NCBI GenBank assembly: GCA_963783305.1
Contig: CAWAMW010000002.1
Location: forward strand, 576,001-640,000
From: an uncultured Gemmatimonadales bacterium
Lineage (GTDB): Bacteria > Gemmatimonadota > Gemmatimonadetes > Longimicrobiales > RSA9
DNA: 64,000 bases
Direction: 5' to 3'
This document shows positions 51,659 through 61,679 of the stretch, piece after piece. A model generated the notes under the pieces. The model was not told the DNA's origin and ran no database searches. It saw only the letters and a program-made list of their open reading frames with translations. The position numbers were made by a program, and so were the translations under genes. Positions within the stretch are counted from its first letter, which is position 1. Every line of letters begins with the position of its first letter.

Positions 51659-53161
51659 CCTTCCCAGCACGGCCAGCAGCGCCCGCGCCTTCGCCAGCGT
51701 CTCCTCGTACTCCCGCCCCGGGTCCGAGTCCGCCACGATGCCGGCGCCCGCCTGCACGTGGGCCCGGCCGTGGGCCGCCACCAGCGTGCGAATCGCGATG
51801 GCGGCATCCATGCTCTTTGCGCCGTACGCGAAGTAGCCCACTGCGCCCGCGTACGGGCCGCGCCGCTCGGGCTCCAGCTCGTCGATGATCTCCATGGCCC
51901 GCACCTTCGGCGCGCCCGACACGGTACCCGCCGGGAACGAGGCGCGGAACGCGTCGAAGGCGTCCAGCCCTTCGCGCAGCCGACCCGTGACCTGGCTCAC
52001 CATGTGGAGGACGTGGCTGTAGCGCTCGATCCCCATGAGCTCGGGCACGGCCACGGTGCCGTAGCGCGCCACGCGCCCTACGTCGTTGCGGCCCAGGTCC
52101 ACGAGCATCAGGTGCTCCGCCCGCTCCTTCGGGTCCGCCAGGAGCTCCTCCTCGAGCCGCCGGTCCTCCGCCTCCGTCGCGCCCCGGGGTCGGGTGCCCG
52201 CGATCGGCCGGACCGTCACCTCATCGTCCTCCACCCGCACCAGCACCTCCGGCGACGCGCCCACCACCGAGACCCCGTCGAGCTCCAGGAAGTACATGTA
52301 CGGCGACGGGTTCAGCGATCGCAGCGCGCGGTAGACCTCGAACGGCGACCGCCGCAGCTCCACGTCCAGCCGCTGGCTCAGGACCACCTGGAAGGCGTCG
52401 CCCGCGCCAATGTACTCCTGCACCCGCCGCACCGCGTCCTCGAACGGCTCGCGGCCGAAGCTGCTGCGGAACGACGCCAGCTCCCGCGACCCCGGGGCGA
52501 CCGCGTCGCGCGGCTCACGCACCGGCGGCGGCGGGAGCGCGGAGTCGAGCCGGTCCACGAGCGCGTCGATCCGGGCGATCCCCTCGGCGTAGGCGCGGCG
52601 CAGTGCGGGGACGTCTCCCGCGGCCCCCGCCACGTCGACAGTGGCGATGACCTGCGCGCGGTCGTACACATTGTCGATGGCCACCACCAGGTCGGTGAAG
52701 GCGAGCACCGCCTCGGGCAGCCCCAGGGTGTCGGGCGGCGCGTGGGGCAGCGTCTCGATGTGGCGCACCACGTCGTATCCCAGGTACCCTACGGCGCCAC
52801 CGAAGAAGCGCGGGATCCCTTCGGCCACGACGGGAGAGCTGGATCGAAGGCGTCGGGCGAGATCCTCCAGGGGGTCGTCGACCGCGACCGGGTCGTCCCA
52901 TCCGCGCGCGGGCGTCCAGCACTGGACGCGGCCATCGCCGAGGGCGCGCCAGGCTTCCCGGGGGCTGGACCCCAGGAAGGTCCAGCGGGCCCAGCGCTCG
53001 CCGCCGGTGACGGACTCGAGCAGGAAGCCGAACGGCGGCTCGAAGAGCTTGCCGTAGGCGGTGACGGCGGTCTCGGTGTCGAACGGGATCTCGCGCGAGA
53101 TCGCGATGAGGTCACCGCCGTCGGCCAGCGCCGCGAACGTATCGAAGTCGGGTCGGATCAT
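51656..53161 (-). CDS. trpE: Anthranilate synthase component I
   Basis: FLLES, GDAFQVVLSQR, NPSPYM, ASPE, PIAGTRPRG, AEHLMLVDLGRND, GTVSGAPK, QAGAGIVADS. Confidence 0.93.
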   Translation of the reverse strand: MIRPDFDTFAALADGGDLIAISREIPFDTETAVTAYGKLFEPPFGFLLESVTGGERWARWTFLGSSPREAWRALGDGRVQCWTPARGWDDPVAVDDPLEDLARRLRSSSPVVAEGIPRFFGGAVGYLGYDVVRHIETLPHAPPDTLGLPEAVLAFTDLVVAIDNVYDRAQVIATVDVAGAAGDVPALRRAYAEGIARIDALVDRLDSALPPPPVREPRDAVAPGSRELASFRSSFGREPFEDAVRRVQEYIGAGDAFQVVLSQRLDVELRRSPFEVYRALRSLNPSPYMYFLELDGVSVVGASPEVLVRVEDDEVTVRPIAGTRPRGATEAEDRRLEEELLADPKERAEHLMLVDLGRNDVGRVARYGTVAVPELMGIERYSHVLHMVSQVTGRLREGLDAFDAFRASFPAGTVSGAPKVRAMEIIDELEPERRGPYAGAVGYFAYGAKSMDAAIAIRTLVAAHGRAHVQAGAGIVADSDPGREYEETLAKARALLAVLGR

Positions 53162-53170
53162 GGAGCCGCG

Positions 53171-53199
53171 AATGTCACGACAGGGCAGCGAGGTGTCAA
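53171..53199 (-). promoter_or_regulatory. Sigma-70-type promoter for trpE
   Basis: TTGACA-N17-GACATT ending 9 nt before the trpE ATG. Confidence 0.55.
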
Positions 53200-55238
53200 T
53201 CATCGCCGTGGACACCGGCGGGACGTTCACCGACGTGGTCGCGCTCCGCGGCGGTCGGCTGACCGTGCTGAAGGTGCCGTCCACCCCGGACGACCCCGCG
53301 CGCGCGGTTCTCGCCGGCGTGCGGCAGATGCTCGGCGACGCGGAGGACGCCGCCGCCCTGTCGTTCACGCTGGTCCACGGCTCCACGGTGGCGACCAATA
53401 CGCTCCTGGAGGGGACGGGCGCGCGCGTGGCGCTGGTGACCAACCGCGGCTTTGAGGACGTGATCGAGATCGGGCGCCAGAACCGACCACAGCTCTACGC
53501 CCTGGTCGGCCACCGGCCACCGCCGCTCGTGGCCCGCGACGACCGCCATGGCGTATCGGGACGGCTTGGGCCGGACGGCCTCGAGGAAGAGCCGCTGGAT
53601 GACGAGGAGCTGCGCGACCTGCCCGGGCGCCTCGCGGGCGCCGAGTCCATCGCCATCTGCCTGCTCCACAGCTACGCCGATGCCCGGCACGAGGAGCGGA
53701 TCGCGGAATCGCTGGCCGCGCTCGACCTGCCGCTCTCCGTGTCCTCACGGCTGCTGCCGGAGTACCGGGAGTACGAGCGCACGGCCACGACCGTGGTGAA
53801 CGCCTACGTGGCGCCGCGCATGGACCGCTACCTGGGCCGGCTGGCGCAGGAGAGCGGTGCGGATCGGGTGCGGATCATGGGCTCCGGCGGCGGCTCGATC
53901 CCGGTGGAGCGGGCGCGGCGCGAGGCCGTCCATACCGTGCTGAGCGGGCCGGCCGGCGGCGTGGCCGGCGCCCTCAGCGTAGCCGCCGACGCGGGCATGA
54001 ACGACATCATCACGTTCGACATGGGGGGGACCTCTACCGACGTCTCCCTGTGCCCGGGCGCGCCCATGCACACCCGGGAGCTGAGCATTGCCGGCGTGCC
54101 TGTGGCGATCCCCGTCATCGACATCCACACCGTCGGCGCCGGCGGCGGGTCCATCGCCGGTGTGGACGCCGGCGGCGCGCTGCGGGTCGGGCCCCGCAGC
54201 GCCGGCGCGGACCCCGGTCCCATCTGCTACGGCCGCGGCGGCCGCCGTGTCACCGTGACGGACGCCCACGTCTGGCTCGGACGCCTTCCCCCCGACGCGT
54301 TCCTCGGCGGCGACCTCGCGCTGGAGCGGTCGGAGATCGAGGCGCCCCTCGCCGCGCTCGCCAGCGCCCTCGGCGGCTCGCTCGAGGACGCGGCGGAAGG
54401 GATCCTCGAGGTCGCGAACACGGCAATGGAGGGCGCGCTCCGCGTCATCAGCGTGGAGCGCGGGTACGACCCCGCCGACTTCGCCCTCGTCCCGTTCGGC
54501 GGCGCCGCGGGGCTCCACGCCATCGAGCTCGCCGAGCGGCTGGGGATCGGTCGCCTCCTGGTGCCGCCCGATCCCGGCGTCCTGTCGGCCTTCGGGATGC
54601 TCGTATCGCCCGTGCGGAAGGACCTGTCCCGCACGCTCCTGGCGGACGCGGACGCGGCGGACCGCATCGATGACGCGTTCGGCGAGCTGGAGCGCGAAGC
54701 CCGATCCGCGATGGAGGCGGAAGGCGTGCGGCAGGATGAGGTCACAGTCCGGCGCCTGGCGGACGTCCGCTACGTCGGCCAGAGCTTCGAGCTCCGCGTG
54801 CCCGCGGAGGACTGGACGAACGCCTTCCACGACGCCCACGACGCGCGCTACGGCTTCAGCCGCCGCGCCGATCGCGTCGAGCTGGTGACTGCCCGGGTGG
54901 AGGCCGTGGGCCCCTCCACGCGGACCCCACCCCGCTCCCGGCCGACGCCCGCCGGCGAGGCCGATGGCTCACTTCGACGGGTGCCGGTGTACCACCGCGG
55001 GCAGACCGTAGAGGCCGCCCTCGCGCCGCGGTCGTCGCTCGCACCGGGCGACCGGCTCGTGGGACCCGCGGTCGTGCACGAGTACAGCGCGACCTTGTGG
55101 CTGCCGGACGGCTGGATCGCGACCGCGCTCGACGCAGGCGGGCTCATGCTCGTGGCGCAGGAGGTGCAGCGAGGGCAGCCCGGCGCGGATCAGAGACGAT
55201 CCCCGCCAACGATTACTCCAATGGAGGACTCCACATGA
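53172..55238 (+). CDS. Hydantoinase/5-oxoprolinase subunit A (HyuA-like)
   Basis: VDTGGTFTD, HGSTVATN, REYERTATT, LSGPAGG, DMGGTSTD, GAGGGSI. Start is 53172 or GTG 53193. Confidence 0.92.
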   Translation: MSRQGSEVSIIAVDTGGTFTDVVALRGGRLTVLKVPSTPDDPARAVLAGVRQMLGDAEDAAALSFTLVHGSTVATNTLLEGTGARVALVTNRGFEDVIEIGRQNRPQLYALVGHRPPPLVARDDRHGVSGRLGPDGLEEEPLDDEELRDLPGRLAGAESIAICLLHSYADARHEERIAESLAALDLPLSVSSRLLPEYREYERTATTVVNAYVAPRMDRYLGRLAQESGADRVRIMGSGGGSIPVERARREAVHTVLSGPAGGVAGALSVAADAGMNDIITFDMGGTSTDVSLCPGAPMHTRELSIAGVPVAIPVIDIHTVGAGGGSIAGVDAGGALRVGPRSAGADPGPICYGRGGRRVTVTDAHVWLGRLPPDAFLGGDLALERSEIEAPLAALASALGGSLEDAAEGILEVANTAMEGALRVISVERGYDPADFALVPFGGAAGLHAIELAERLGIGRLLVPPDPGVLSAFGMLVSPVRKDLSRTLLADADAADRIDDAFGELEREARSAMEAEGVRQDEVTVRRLADVRYVGQSFELRVPAEDWTNAFHDAHDARYGFSRRADRVELVTARVEAVGPSTRTPPRSRPTPAGEADGSLRRVPVYHRGQTVEAALAPRSSLAPGDRLVGPAVVHEYSATLWLPDGWIATALDAGGLMLVAQEVQRGQPGADQRRSPPTITPMEDST

Positions 55239-55882
55239 AGATTGTTCTTTCGTCCGCGATCATCGCGGCCACGCTCTTCGGCATGGCCGCCCCCGCAGCC
55301 GCGCAGGCGCCGGGCATCGACTTCAGGCTCAATCCGCGTATCGGCCTCTATGAGCCTCTCTCCAACCTCGGCGACGCACCCGACGCGGTGTCCACCGCCG
55401 CCAGCGAGCTGGGGGGCAGCCTGGCGCTCGGGCTCGGGGTCGAGATCGGCGTCGCCGCGCTCCCCGTGGGGCTCCGCCTCAACCTCGACTACGCCACCGG
55501 CTCCGAGGTGAAGTACGATAACGGCTTCGAGACGGAATCCGGGTACGAGACCACCGTCCTGGCGCTCGCGGCCGACCTCATGTTCCGCCCGATCCCGAAG
55601 CTCATCATTGCTCAGCCCTACTTCTTCGCCGGCGGCGGGCTCAAGCAGTACGACTTCGAGCCCACGAGCACCGACCCCGTCGGCACGTTCGAGGACACGA
55701 GCGACTTCACCGCGCATCTCGGCGGCGGTCTGGACGTGGGCTTCGGTCCTCTCTCCCTGAACGCCGAGGTCGGCGACTACATCAGCTGGTGGGAGAGCCA
55801 GAACCCGCTGGACGTGGATGCCGACTCGGAGATCCAGCACGATCTGTTCGTGACCATCGGCTTCGTAATCGGCCTCCTCTGA
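55235..55882 (+). CDS. Small outer-membrane beta-barrel protein
   Basis: Signal peptide MKIVLSSAIIAATLFGMAAPAAAQ, QPYFFAGGG, HLGGGLDVG; GGAGG RBS. Confidence 0.8.
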   Translation: MKIVLSSAIIAATLFGMAAPAAAQAPGIDFRLNPRIGLYEPLSNLGDAPDAVSTAASELGGSLALGLGVEIGVAALPVGLRLNLDYATGSEVKYDNGFETESGYETTVLALAADLMFRPIPKLIIAQPYFFAGGGLKQYDFEPTSTDPVGTFEDTSDFTAHLGGGLDVGFGPLSLNAEVGDYISWWESQNPLDVDADSEIQHDLFVTIGFVIGLL

Positions 55883-55894
55883 GCGGATCGGATC

Positions 55895-55923
55895 GGTGCG
55901 GCCGGGAACGCCCCGGCCGCACC
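55895..55923 (+). terminator. 12-bp GC hairpin after the OMP gene
   Basis: GGTGCGGCCGGG-AACGC-CCCGGCCGCACC; no U-tract. Confidence 0.45.
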
Positions 55924-56015
55924 TCCCCCGCAGCCGCGCTTGAACCCCACCACACCGGCGCGTTAGCTTTCCGCCCTGTTCCGTAGCACCCGACCCTCTG
56001 AAGTCTGGCATCCGG

Positions 56016-58391
56016 ATGACCGATACAGTGACGACGCAGGGCGCGTCGGCCCGCGCTCCCATGGAGAGCGGCTATCACCCGCCCTACCTCGCCGCGGCCA
56101 TCGCGGCCGCCCTGGTCTGGCTCCTCTACGCCATCACGCTCGCCCCCGCCACCGCGTTCTGGGACACGAGCGAGTACATCGCCACCGCCCACATCATGGG
56201 CGTGCCCCACCCGCCCGGGAACCCGACCTTCGTAGTCCTCGCCCGCGCCTGGGAGCTGCTCCTGGCACCGTTCGGTCTCTCCGTGGCCGTGCGCATCAAC
56301 CTGTTCAGCGCCACCATGGGCGCCCTCGCCCACGGCTGCTGGTTCCTCGTCGCGCACCGGGTCCTCGCCTGGTTCACCACCGACCGCACCCAGCGGATGA
56401 TCGGCGCTTCCCTCTCGGTCATGGTCAGCGCCACCGCCTTCACCGTCTGGAGCCAGTCGAACGTCAACGAGAAGGTCTATACCGTCTCCCTCTTCACCAT
56501 CGCGCTGCTCAGCTGGCTCGCGTTCCTGTGGCGGGACAACATCGGGAAAGGGAAGGATGACAACCTCATCCTCCTCATGGTTTTCATCCTGGCGCTGAGC
56601 GTCGGCAACCACCTCATGGCGTTCCTGGCCGCCCCGGCCATCCTCGTCTTCATACTCGTGGTGGAGTCGAAGACGCTCATGAACTGGAAACTCTACCTGT
56701 TCGCGGCGGCCGTGGCGGTGCTCGGGCTCTCCATCCACCTGTTTCTCCCACTCCGCGCCGCTCTCGACCCGGTCATCAACGAGGCCGACCCCAGCACGCT
56801 CACGGCGCTGTGGGAGTCGCTCGCCCGCAAGCAGTACGACAAGCCGGGGATCATGTCCGACCCCACCGATCCATCGCTGCCGCGCACGCTCGGCCTCGTG
56901 GTGTCGCAGATCGGCAACTACTTGCAGTACTTCGACTGGCAGTGGGGCCGAACGCTGAACGCCACGCAGTCGCTCTTCGGCGGCATGGGCGCGTCCGGCG
57001 CCGGGTTCCCGATCCGGCCGGTCCTCACGCTCGTCTTCGGGTCGCTGGGCGTTTACGGCGCGTACGAGCACTACCACCGCGACCGCACGAGCTGGTGGTA
57101 CATGGCGATCCTCTTCGCCACCGTCTCCATCGGTCTGGTGGGCTATCTCAACTTCCGCTACGGCTACACGTTCCCCCAGCCGGGCGGCGGGTACGACATG
57201 GAGCTCCACGAGGTCCGCGAGCGCGACTATTTCTTCATCGTAAGCTTCAGCATGTGGGGCCTGTGGGCGGGAATGGGGATCTTCACGCTCTGGCAGCGGC
57301 TGGCCGCGAACATGGCGTCGTCTCCGACCCCGGCCACTTCGAGTCGAAGCTACGCGCTGGCGTCTCCGATCCTGCTCCTGGCCCTCCTCCCCCTCGCGCT
57401 CAACTGGCAGCGCGCGGACCGCTCCAGCGACTACGCGGCGCGCGACTGGGCGTACAACCTGCTCATGAGCACGGAGCCGTACGCCGTCCTCTTCACCAAC
57501 GGCGACAACGACACCTTCCCGCTCTGGTACCTGCAGGAGGTGGAGGGCATCCGCAGGGACGTGACGGTCATCGTCATGAGCTACCTGAACACGCCCTGGT
57601 ACGTGAAGCAGATCCAGCAGCTGACGGCACCGTGCGAGCCGGGCCAGGACCCGCTGGAGGATCCCACACGCATCACCTGCCAGCGGCCCTTCCAGCCGGA
57701 GATGCGGGCGGAGCTGTACGCCGCGCCCCCGTCCCTGCCCGACCAGGGCGGTGTCCCCGTGGAAGGTGTCGCCCCCGACTCCGGCTGGGGTACGCCCGAG
57801 CGCTCCATCCTGGGAATGTCGCAGGCGCGCATCGACTCCATTCCGCAGATCTACGCGGCGAACCCCTACAACTTCCTCATCGAGGAGCCGATGAGCATGG
57901 AGGTGGGAGAGCTGGAGTTCACGCTCCCCGGAAACCGGATCCTGCTCCCGGCCGACGTGTTCCTGTTGAACATCGTGCAGAACGCGCTGGGTGATCGACC
58001 CATCTACTTCGCCACCACGACGCAGGCGTACGACCGAATCGGACTCGGCGACAAGGTCCTCCGGCAGGGCATCGCGCTCCGCCTCATGGAGCGCCCCATC
58101 CAGGTCGACTCCGCCCGCGGCATCTTCCAGCTACCGGAGAGCATCGGCATCCCGGGACGCTATATCGATCTGCCGCGCACCGACACGCTCCTCTGGGACG
58201 TCTTCGTTCACCGCGGCGGCATCCCCGACGAGTGGGCATTCTGGCCGGAGCCGTCCACCCGGAACATTCCGCTCTACTACCTCTACGCGCACTACGCGTC
58301 GTACGCCGCCCACAGCCTGATGGGCGAGGAAGAGCAGGCGGAGCGGCATCTGGAGCGCGTGGAGGCGTGGAGGGCTCTGGCGGAGCGGTGA
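56016..58391 (+). CDS. DUF2723 (TMEM260-like) GT-C membrane glycosyltransferase
   Basis: FWDTSEYI...HPPGNP, HEVRERDYFF, LFTNGDNDTFPLWYLQEVEG. Confidence 0.88.
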   Translation: MTDTVTTQGASARAPMESGYHPPYLAAAIAAALVWLLYAITLAPATAFWDTSEYIATAHIMGVPHPPGNPTFVVLARAWELLLAPFGLSVAVRINLFSATMGALAHGCWFLVAHRVLAWFTTDRTQRMIGASLSVMVSATAFTVWSQSNVNEKVYTVSLFTIALLSWLAFLWRDNIGKGKDDNLILLMVFILALSVGNHLMAFLAAPAILVFILVVESKTLMNWKLYLFAAAVAVLGLSIHLFLPLRAALDPVINEADPSTLTALWESLARKQYDKPGIMSDPTDPSLPRTLGLVVSQIGNYLQYFDWQWGRTLNATQSLFGGMGASGAGFPIRPVLTLVFGSLGVYGAYEHYHRDRTSWWYMAILFATVSIGLVGYLNFRYGYTFPQPGGGYDMELHEVRERDYFFIVSFSMWGLWAGMGIFTLWQRLAANMASSPTPATSSRSYALASPILLLALLPLALNWQRADRSSDYAARDWAYNLLMSTEPYAVLFTNGDNDTFPLWYLQEVEGIRRDVTVIVMSYLNTPWYVKQIQQLTAPCEPGQDPLEDPTRITCQRPFQPEMRAELYAAPPSLPDQGGVPVEGVAPDSGWGTPERSILGMSQARIDSIPQIYAANPYNFLIEEPMSMEVGELEFTLPGNRILLPADVFLLNIVQNALGDRPIYFATTTQAYDRIGLGDKVLRQGIALRLMERPIQVDSARGIFQLPESIGIPGRYIDLPRTDTLLWDVFVHRGGIPDEWAFWPEPSTRNIPLYYLYAHYASYAAHSLMGEEEQAERHLERVEAWRALAER

Positions 58392-59287
58392 GCCGGCCGC
58401 TCGTCGGCGCGCTCATGGTCATCGGGGCTGCCTCACTCTGGGGCAGCCTCGGCCTTTTCGGACGACTGGCTTTCGCGGACGGCGTCACCCCTCTCCAGGT
58501 CGCTTCCGTGCGGGCGGCCCTGGCCTTCGTGGGCGTGCTCCCCATCGCCGCCCTGCGCTACCGCCAACTCCGGCTCCACCGCGCCCACGTCCCGCTCGTG
58601 ATCGGCTACGGCGCCATTGGTGTGGGTCTCTTCTACTACATCTACCTCGTGGCGGTGGAGCAGCTCCCGCTCGCCGTGGCCGCCGCCCTCCTCTACACGG
58701 CGCCGGCCTTCACCGTGGCCCTCTCCTGGGTGCTGCGCTGGGAGCCGATCCGGCCCGCGCGGCTCCTGCCGCTCGGCCTGGTGCTGGTGGGGGCGTTCCT
58801 CGTCACCGGCGCTTTCCGGAAGCTGGGCATGGCGGAGCTGCCCCCACTGGGAATCGCCGCCGGCGTGGCCAGCGGACTGGTGTACGCGCTCTATACCGTC
58901 CTCGGCAAGCGGATCCGGGCGCACTACGACGTGGTGACCACGATCTTCTACGCCTACGGGATCGGGGCTCTGGTGCTGGCGCTGGTGGAGCCGCCCTGGA
59001 CGGTGCTGGGCGGGCACCCGGAGACGGTCCCGGTCCTGCTCCTCATGGGGCTGGGGCCCACGCTCCTGGCGGCGCTCCTGTTCTACGGCGGGATCCGCTT
59101 CATCGATGCCAGCACGGCAAGCATGCTGGCTACGATCGAGCCGGTGGTGGCCGCCCTCATCGGCTTCGCCTGGCTGAGCGAAGAAATCTCTGGCTCCACC
59201 GTGGCGGGGACGGCGCTGATCCTGGCCGCGGCGGTGCTGCTCCGGCCCCGGCGCTCCCCGACCCCGGTCCCTGCGGTCAGGCGCTGA
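58388..59287 (+). CDS. EamA/DMT family transporter
   Basis: About 10 TM, AASLWG, LLYTAP, ATIEPVVA; GTGA overlap with the upstream gene. Confidence 0.9.
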   Translation: MSRPLVGALMVIGAASLWGSLGLFGRLAFADGVTPLQVASVRAALAFVGVLPIAALRYRQLRLHRAHVPLVIGYGAIGVGLFYYIYLVAVEQLPLAVAAALLYTAPAFTVALSWVLRWEPIRPARLLPLGLVLVGAFLVTGAFRKLGMAELPPLGIAAGVASGLVYALYTVLGKRIRAHYDVVTTIFYAYGIGALVLALVEPPWTVLGGHPETVPVLLLMGLGPTLLAALLFYGGIRFIDASTASMLATIEPVVAALIGFAWLSEEISGSTVAGTALILAAAVLLRPRRSPTPVPAVRR

Positions 59288-61679
59288 CGGACTCCACCCG
59301 GCTCGATCCCGTCCGTTCGTCGAAGCTACAGCGGATGACGTGGTCGAGTCCCTCGCGCACGCCCTCGATGTGGGTGATGAGGATGACCTGCTCGAACCGG
59401 CCCGTCAGGCCGTGGAGAAGCTGGATCACGTTGTCGCGGCGCTCCACGTCCAGCGAGCCGAAGACCTCGTCGAGGACGAGGACGTTCAGCGGGTGGCCGG
59501 CGCGCTCCGCGATCATCTGGCTGATGGCCAGGCGCAGCACCAGGTTCGCGATGTCCTCCTCGCCGCCACTGATCACCGGCTTCTCCTCCCCCTCGTCCAG
59601 CACCAGCACGTTGTAGCCCTCGTCGATCTCCAGCGCCGTGTACCGGCCGGCGGTGATCTCCGAGAGGAACCCGCTGGCGAGCTCGCTCAGCTCCGGACGG
59701 ACCCGCGCGTTGAGCTCTACGCGCAGGCTGTTGAACGCCGTGTCCAGCTCCGCGTTGTGGCGCCGCTCCGACTCCATCTCCGACAGCAGCCCCTTCTTCT
59801 CCAACAGCTCGGACTCCGCCTTTTCCGCCGCCGCCACCGCCTCCGTCGCCGCGTCCAGACGGCCCCGGACCTCGGTGAGGCGCAGCTCCGCCCGCCGCAC
59901 ACCGTCCGCAGCCCGCTCCTGCTCCGACTTCAGCTCCTGGAATCGGGACCGGTCGAATTCCAGCGACTCGAGCTCCTCCCGCACGCTGGAGCCTCGCGCG
60001 GTGGCCCCCTCGCGCCGCGCCGCGGCCTCCTGCCGCTCCGCCTCGAGGCGCTCCCGCCGCGCCACCGCTTCCTCGAGACGCGTCGCCTGCCGCTCTACGG
60101 AGCGCAGCCGATCCAGCCGCGCTTCGGCCTCCCGGTGCTTCGTCGCGTCGTAGCCGGTCGGGACCTCCGCCAGCTCCTTCTCCTGCGCCCCCATCTTCTC
60201 GCGCTTCGCCGCCACCTCACGGTCCAGGTCCTTCCGCTCCTCCACCGCCCGCTCGCTCCGGCTCAGCTTCTCCGCGCGGTTCTCCAGCGCCGCCTTCAAC
60301 CGGTCCCGGCGGTGCTCCGCCTCTGCGAGCGTCTGCGGCTTGGTCTCGAGCTGGCTCTCCCGCTTCTTGAGCCATTTCCCGTCCTGGACCAGGCTCTCCC
60401 ACTCGTCCTCCAGCGTCTGGACGACCTGCTCATAGTGGTCGTAGAGGGGCCGATCGCACGTGGGGCACGTGCCCTCCGGGCCCGCCTCCCGTAGCTGGTC
60501 CAACTGCTGCTGGAGCTCGGCCGTGCGGTCCTTGTAGGTCTGGAGCCGCGTCCAGACCTCCTGGCGACCCTGCTGCCAGGCGTCCCGCTCGGATTCCACC
60601 GCGGACTCCGCCTCCTGAAGCTCCCCCTTCAGGCCCTGGATCTCCGCCCTGAACCGCTCCGCGTACCCGGGCGCCTGGGCCAGCGTCTCCAGCCGCTTCT
60701 CCCCGGCGCCCACCTCCGACCGGAGCGACTCCACCGTCTCCGCCAGCACCTGCCGCCGCTCGTCCAGCCGCGCCAGCTCGCTCAGCCGCTCGCACTCCTC
60801 CACCAGGGCCGGGAGCGGCGCCAGCTCGTCCTTGAGCACAGTGAGCGTTCCGGCGGCCTTCGTCACCGCCTCCAGCTCTTCCTCTGCCCGCGTCACCGCC
60901 CGCGACGCGTCGCGGAACTCCTGCGCCGCCATCTCGCGCTCGTGCTCGAGCTCGCCCGCCCGCTCCTGCGACGCCTGCCCCGCTTCCCAGCGGGGCGTCA
61001 CTTCCGCCAGTGTCGACCGGGCCGACTCCAGCACCGACCGCGCGGCGTCCAGCGCCTTCTGCTCTTCCGCCCGTCGGCCGCGGGCGCCTTCGAGCTCCGC
61101 CCGGAGCGCCACGGGGTCGCTCATCCCGGCACGGAGCCCGTCGATCTCGTGCCGGAGGTCATTTCGGCGCGCCCGCGCCCGCTCCTGGGCGAGCCGAAGC
61201 CGCTCGTAGCCGAGCACCTGCGCCAGGAACCGGCCCCGCTCCGTGGGCCCCATCTGCGCCAGGAACTGCAGCTCCTTCTGGCCGGTGAAGTAGGTATTGA
61301 AGAACTCGTCCCGGGTCATCCCGAGGCGCTGCTGGAGGTAATCGGACGCGCCGCGGATCGTGGTTGCCACGGCTCGCTCGTCGCCATCCACGTAGACGTC
61401 CGCGCCGCTCAGCGTCCGGGCGACCCGGTAGTCGTGGCCGGCCAGGCCGAACTCCAGCTCGACGCGGACGGGGCTCCGGGGCTCCGCCCGGGCGAACCGG
61501 ATCGTCTCGTTGGTGCCCCGGGCCGCCGGCGCGCCGTAGATCGCCCACGCGATGGCCTCCAGGAGCGTGCTCTTTCCGGCGCCGTTCGGGCCGATGATCC
61601 CGGTGACGCCCGACCGCAGCTCGATCTCGGTATCGGCGTGCTGCCGGAAGTTGCGGAGGCGGAGACGGTCGAGCCTCAC
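59277..61679 (-). CDS. sbcC: SbcC/Rad50 SMC-family ATPase
   Basis: LRNFRQH, GPNGAGKS, coiled coils, CPTC zinc hook, ISGGE, LDEVFGSLD, ITH. Confidence 0.92.
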   Translation of the reverse strand: MRLDRLRLRNFRQHADTEIELRSGVTGIIGPNGAGKSTLLEAIAWAIYGAPAARGTNETIRFARAEPRSPVRVELEFGLAGHDYRVARTLSGADVYVDGDERAVATTIRGASDYLQQRLGMTRDEFFNTYFTGQKELQFLAQMGPTERGRFLAQVLGYERLRLAQERARARRNDLRHEIDGLRAGMSDPVALRAELEGARGRRAEEQKALDAARSVLESARSTLAEVTPRWEAGQASQERAGELEHEREMAAQEFRDASRAVTRAEEELEAVTKAAGTLTVLKDELAPLPALVEECERLSELARLDERRQVLAETVESLRSEVGAGEKRLETLAQAPGYAERFRAEIQGLKGELQEAESAVESERDAWQQGRQEVWTRLQTYKDRTAELQQQLDQLREAGPEGTCPTCDRPLYDHYEQVVQTLEDEWESLVQDGKWLKKRESQLETKPQTLAEAEHRRDRLKAALENRAEKLSRSERAVEERKDLDREVAAKREKMGAQEKELAEVPTGYDATKHREAEARLDRLRSVERQATRLEEAVARRERLEAERQEAAARREGATARGSSVREELESLEFDRSRFQELKSEQERAADGVRRAELRLTEVRGRLDAATEAVAAAEKAESELLEKKGLLSEMESERRHNAELDTAFNSLRVELNARVRPELSELASGFLSEITAGRYTALEIDEGYNVLVLDEGEEKPVISGGEEDIANLVLRLAISQMIAERAGHPLNVLVLDEVFGSLDVERRDNVIQLLHGLTGRFEQVILITHIEGVREGLDHVIRCSFDERTGSSRVESVSA

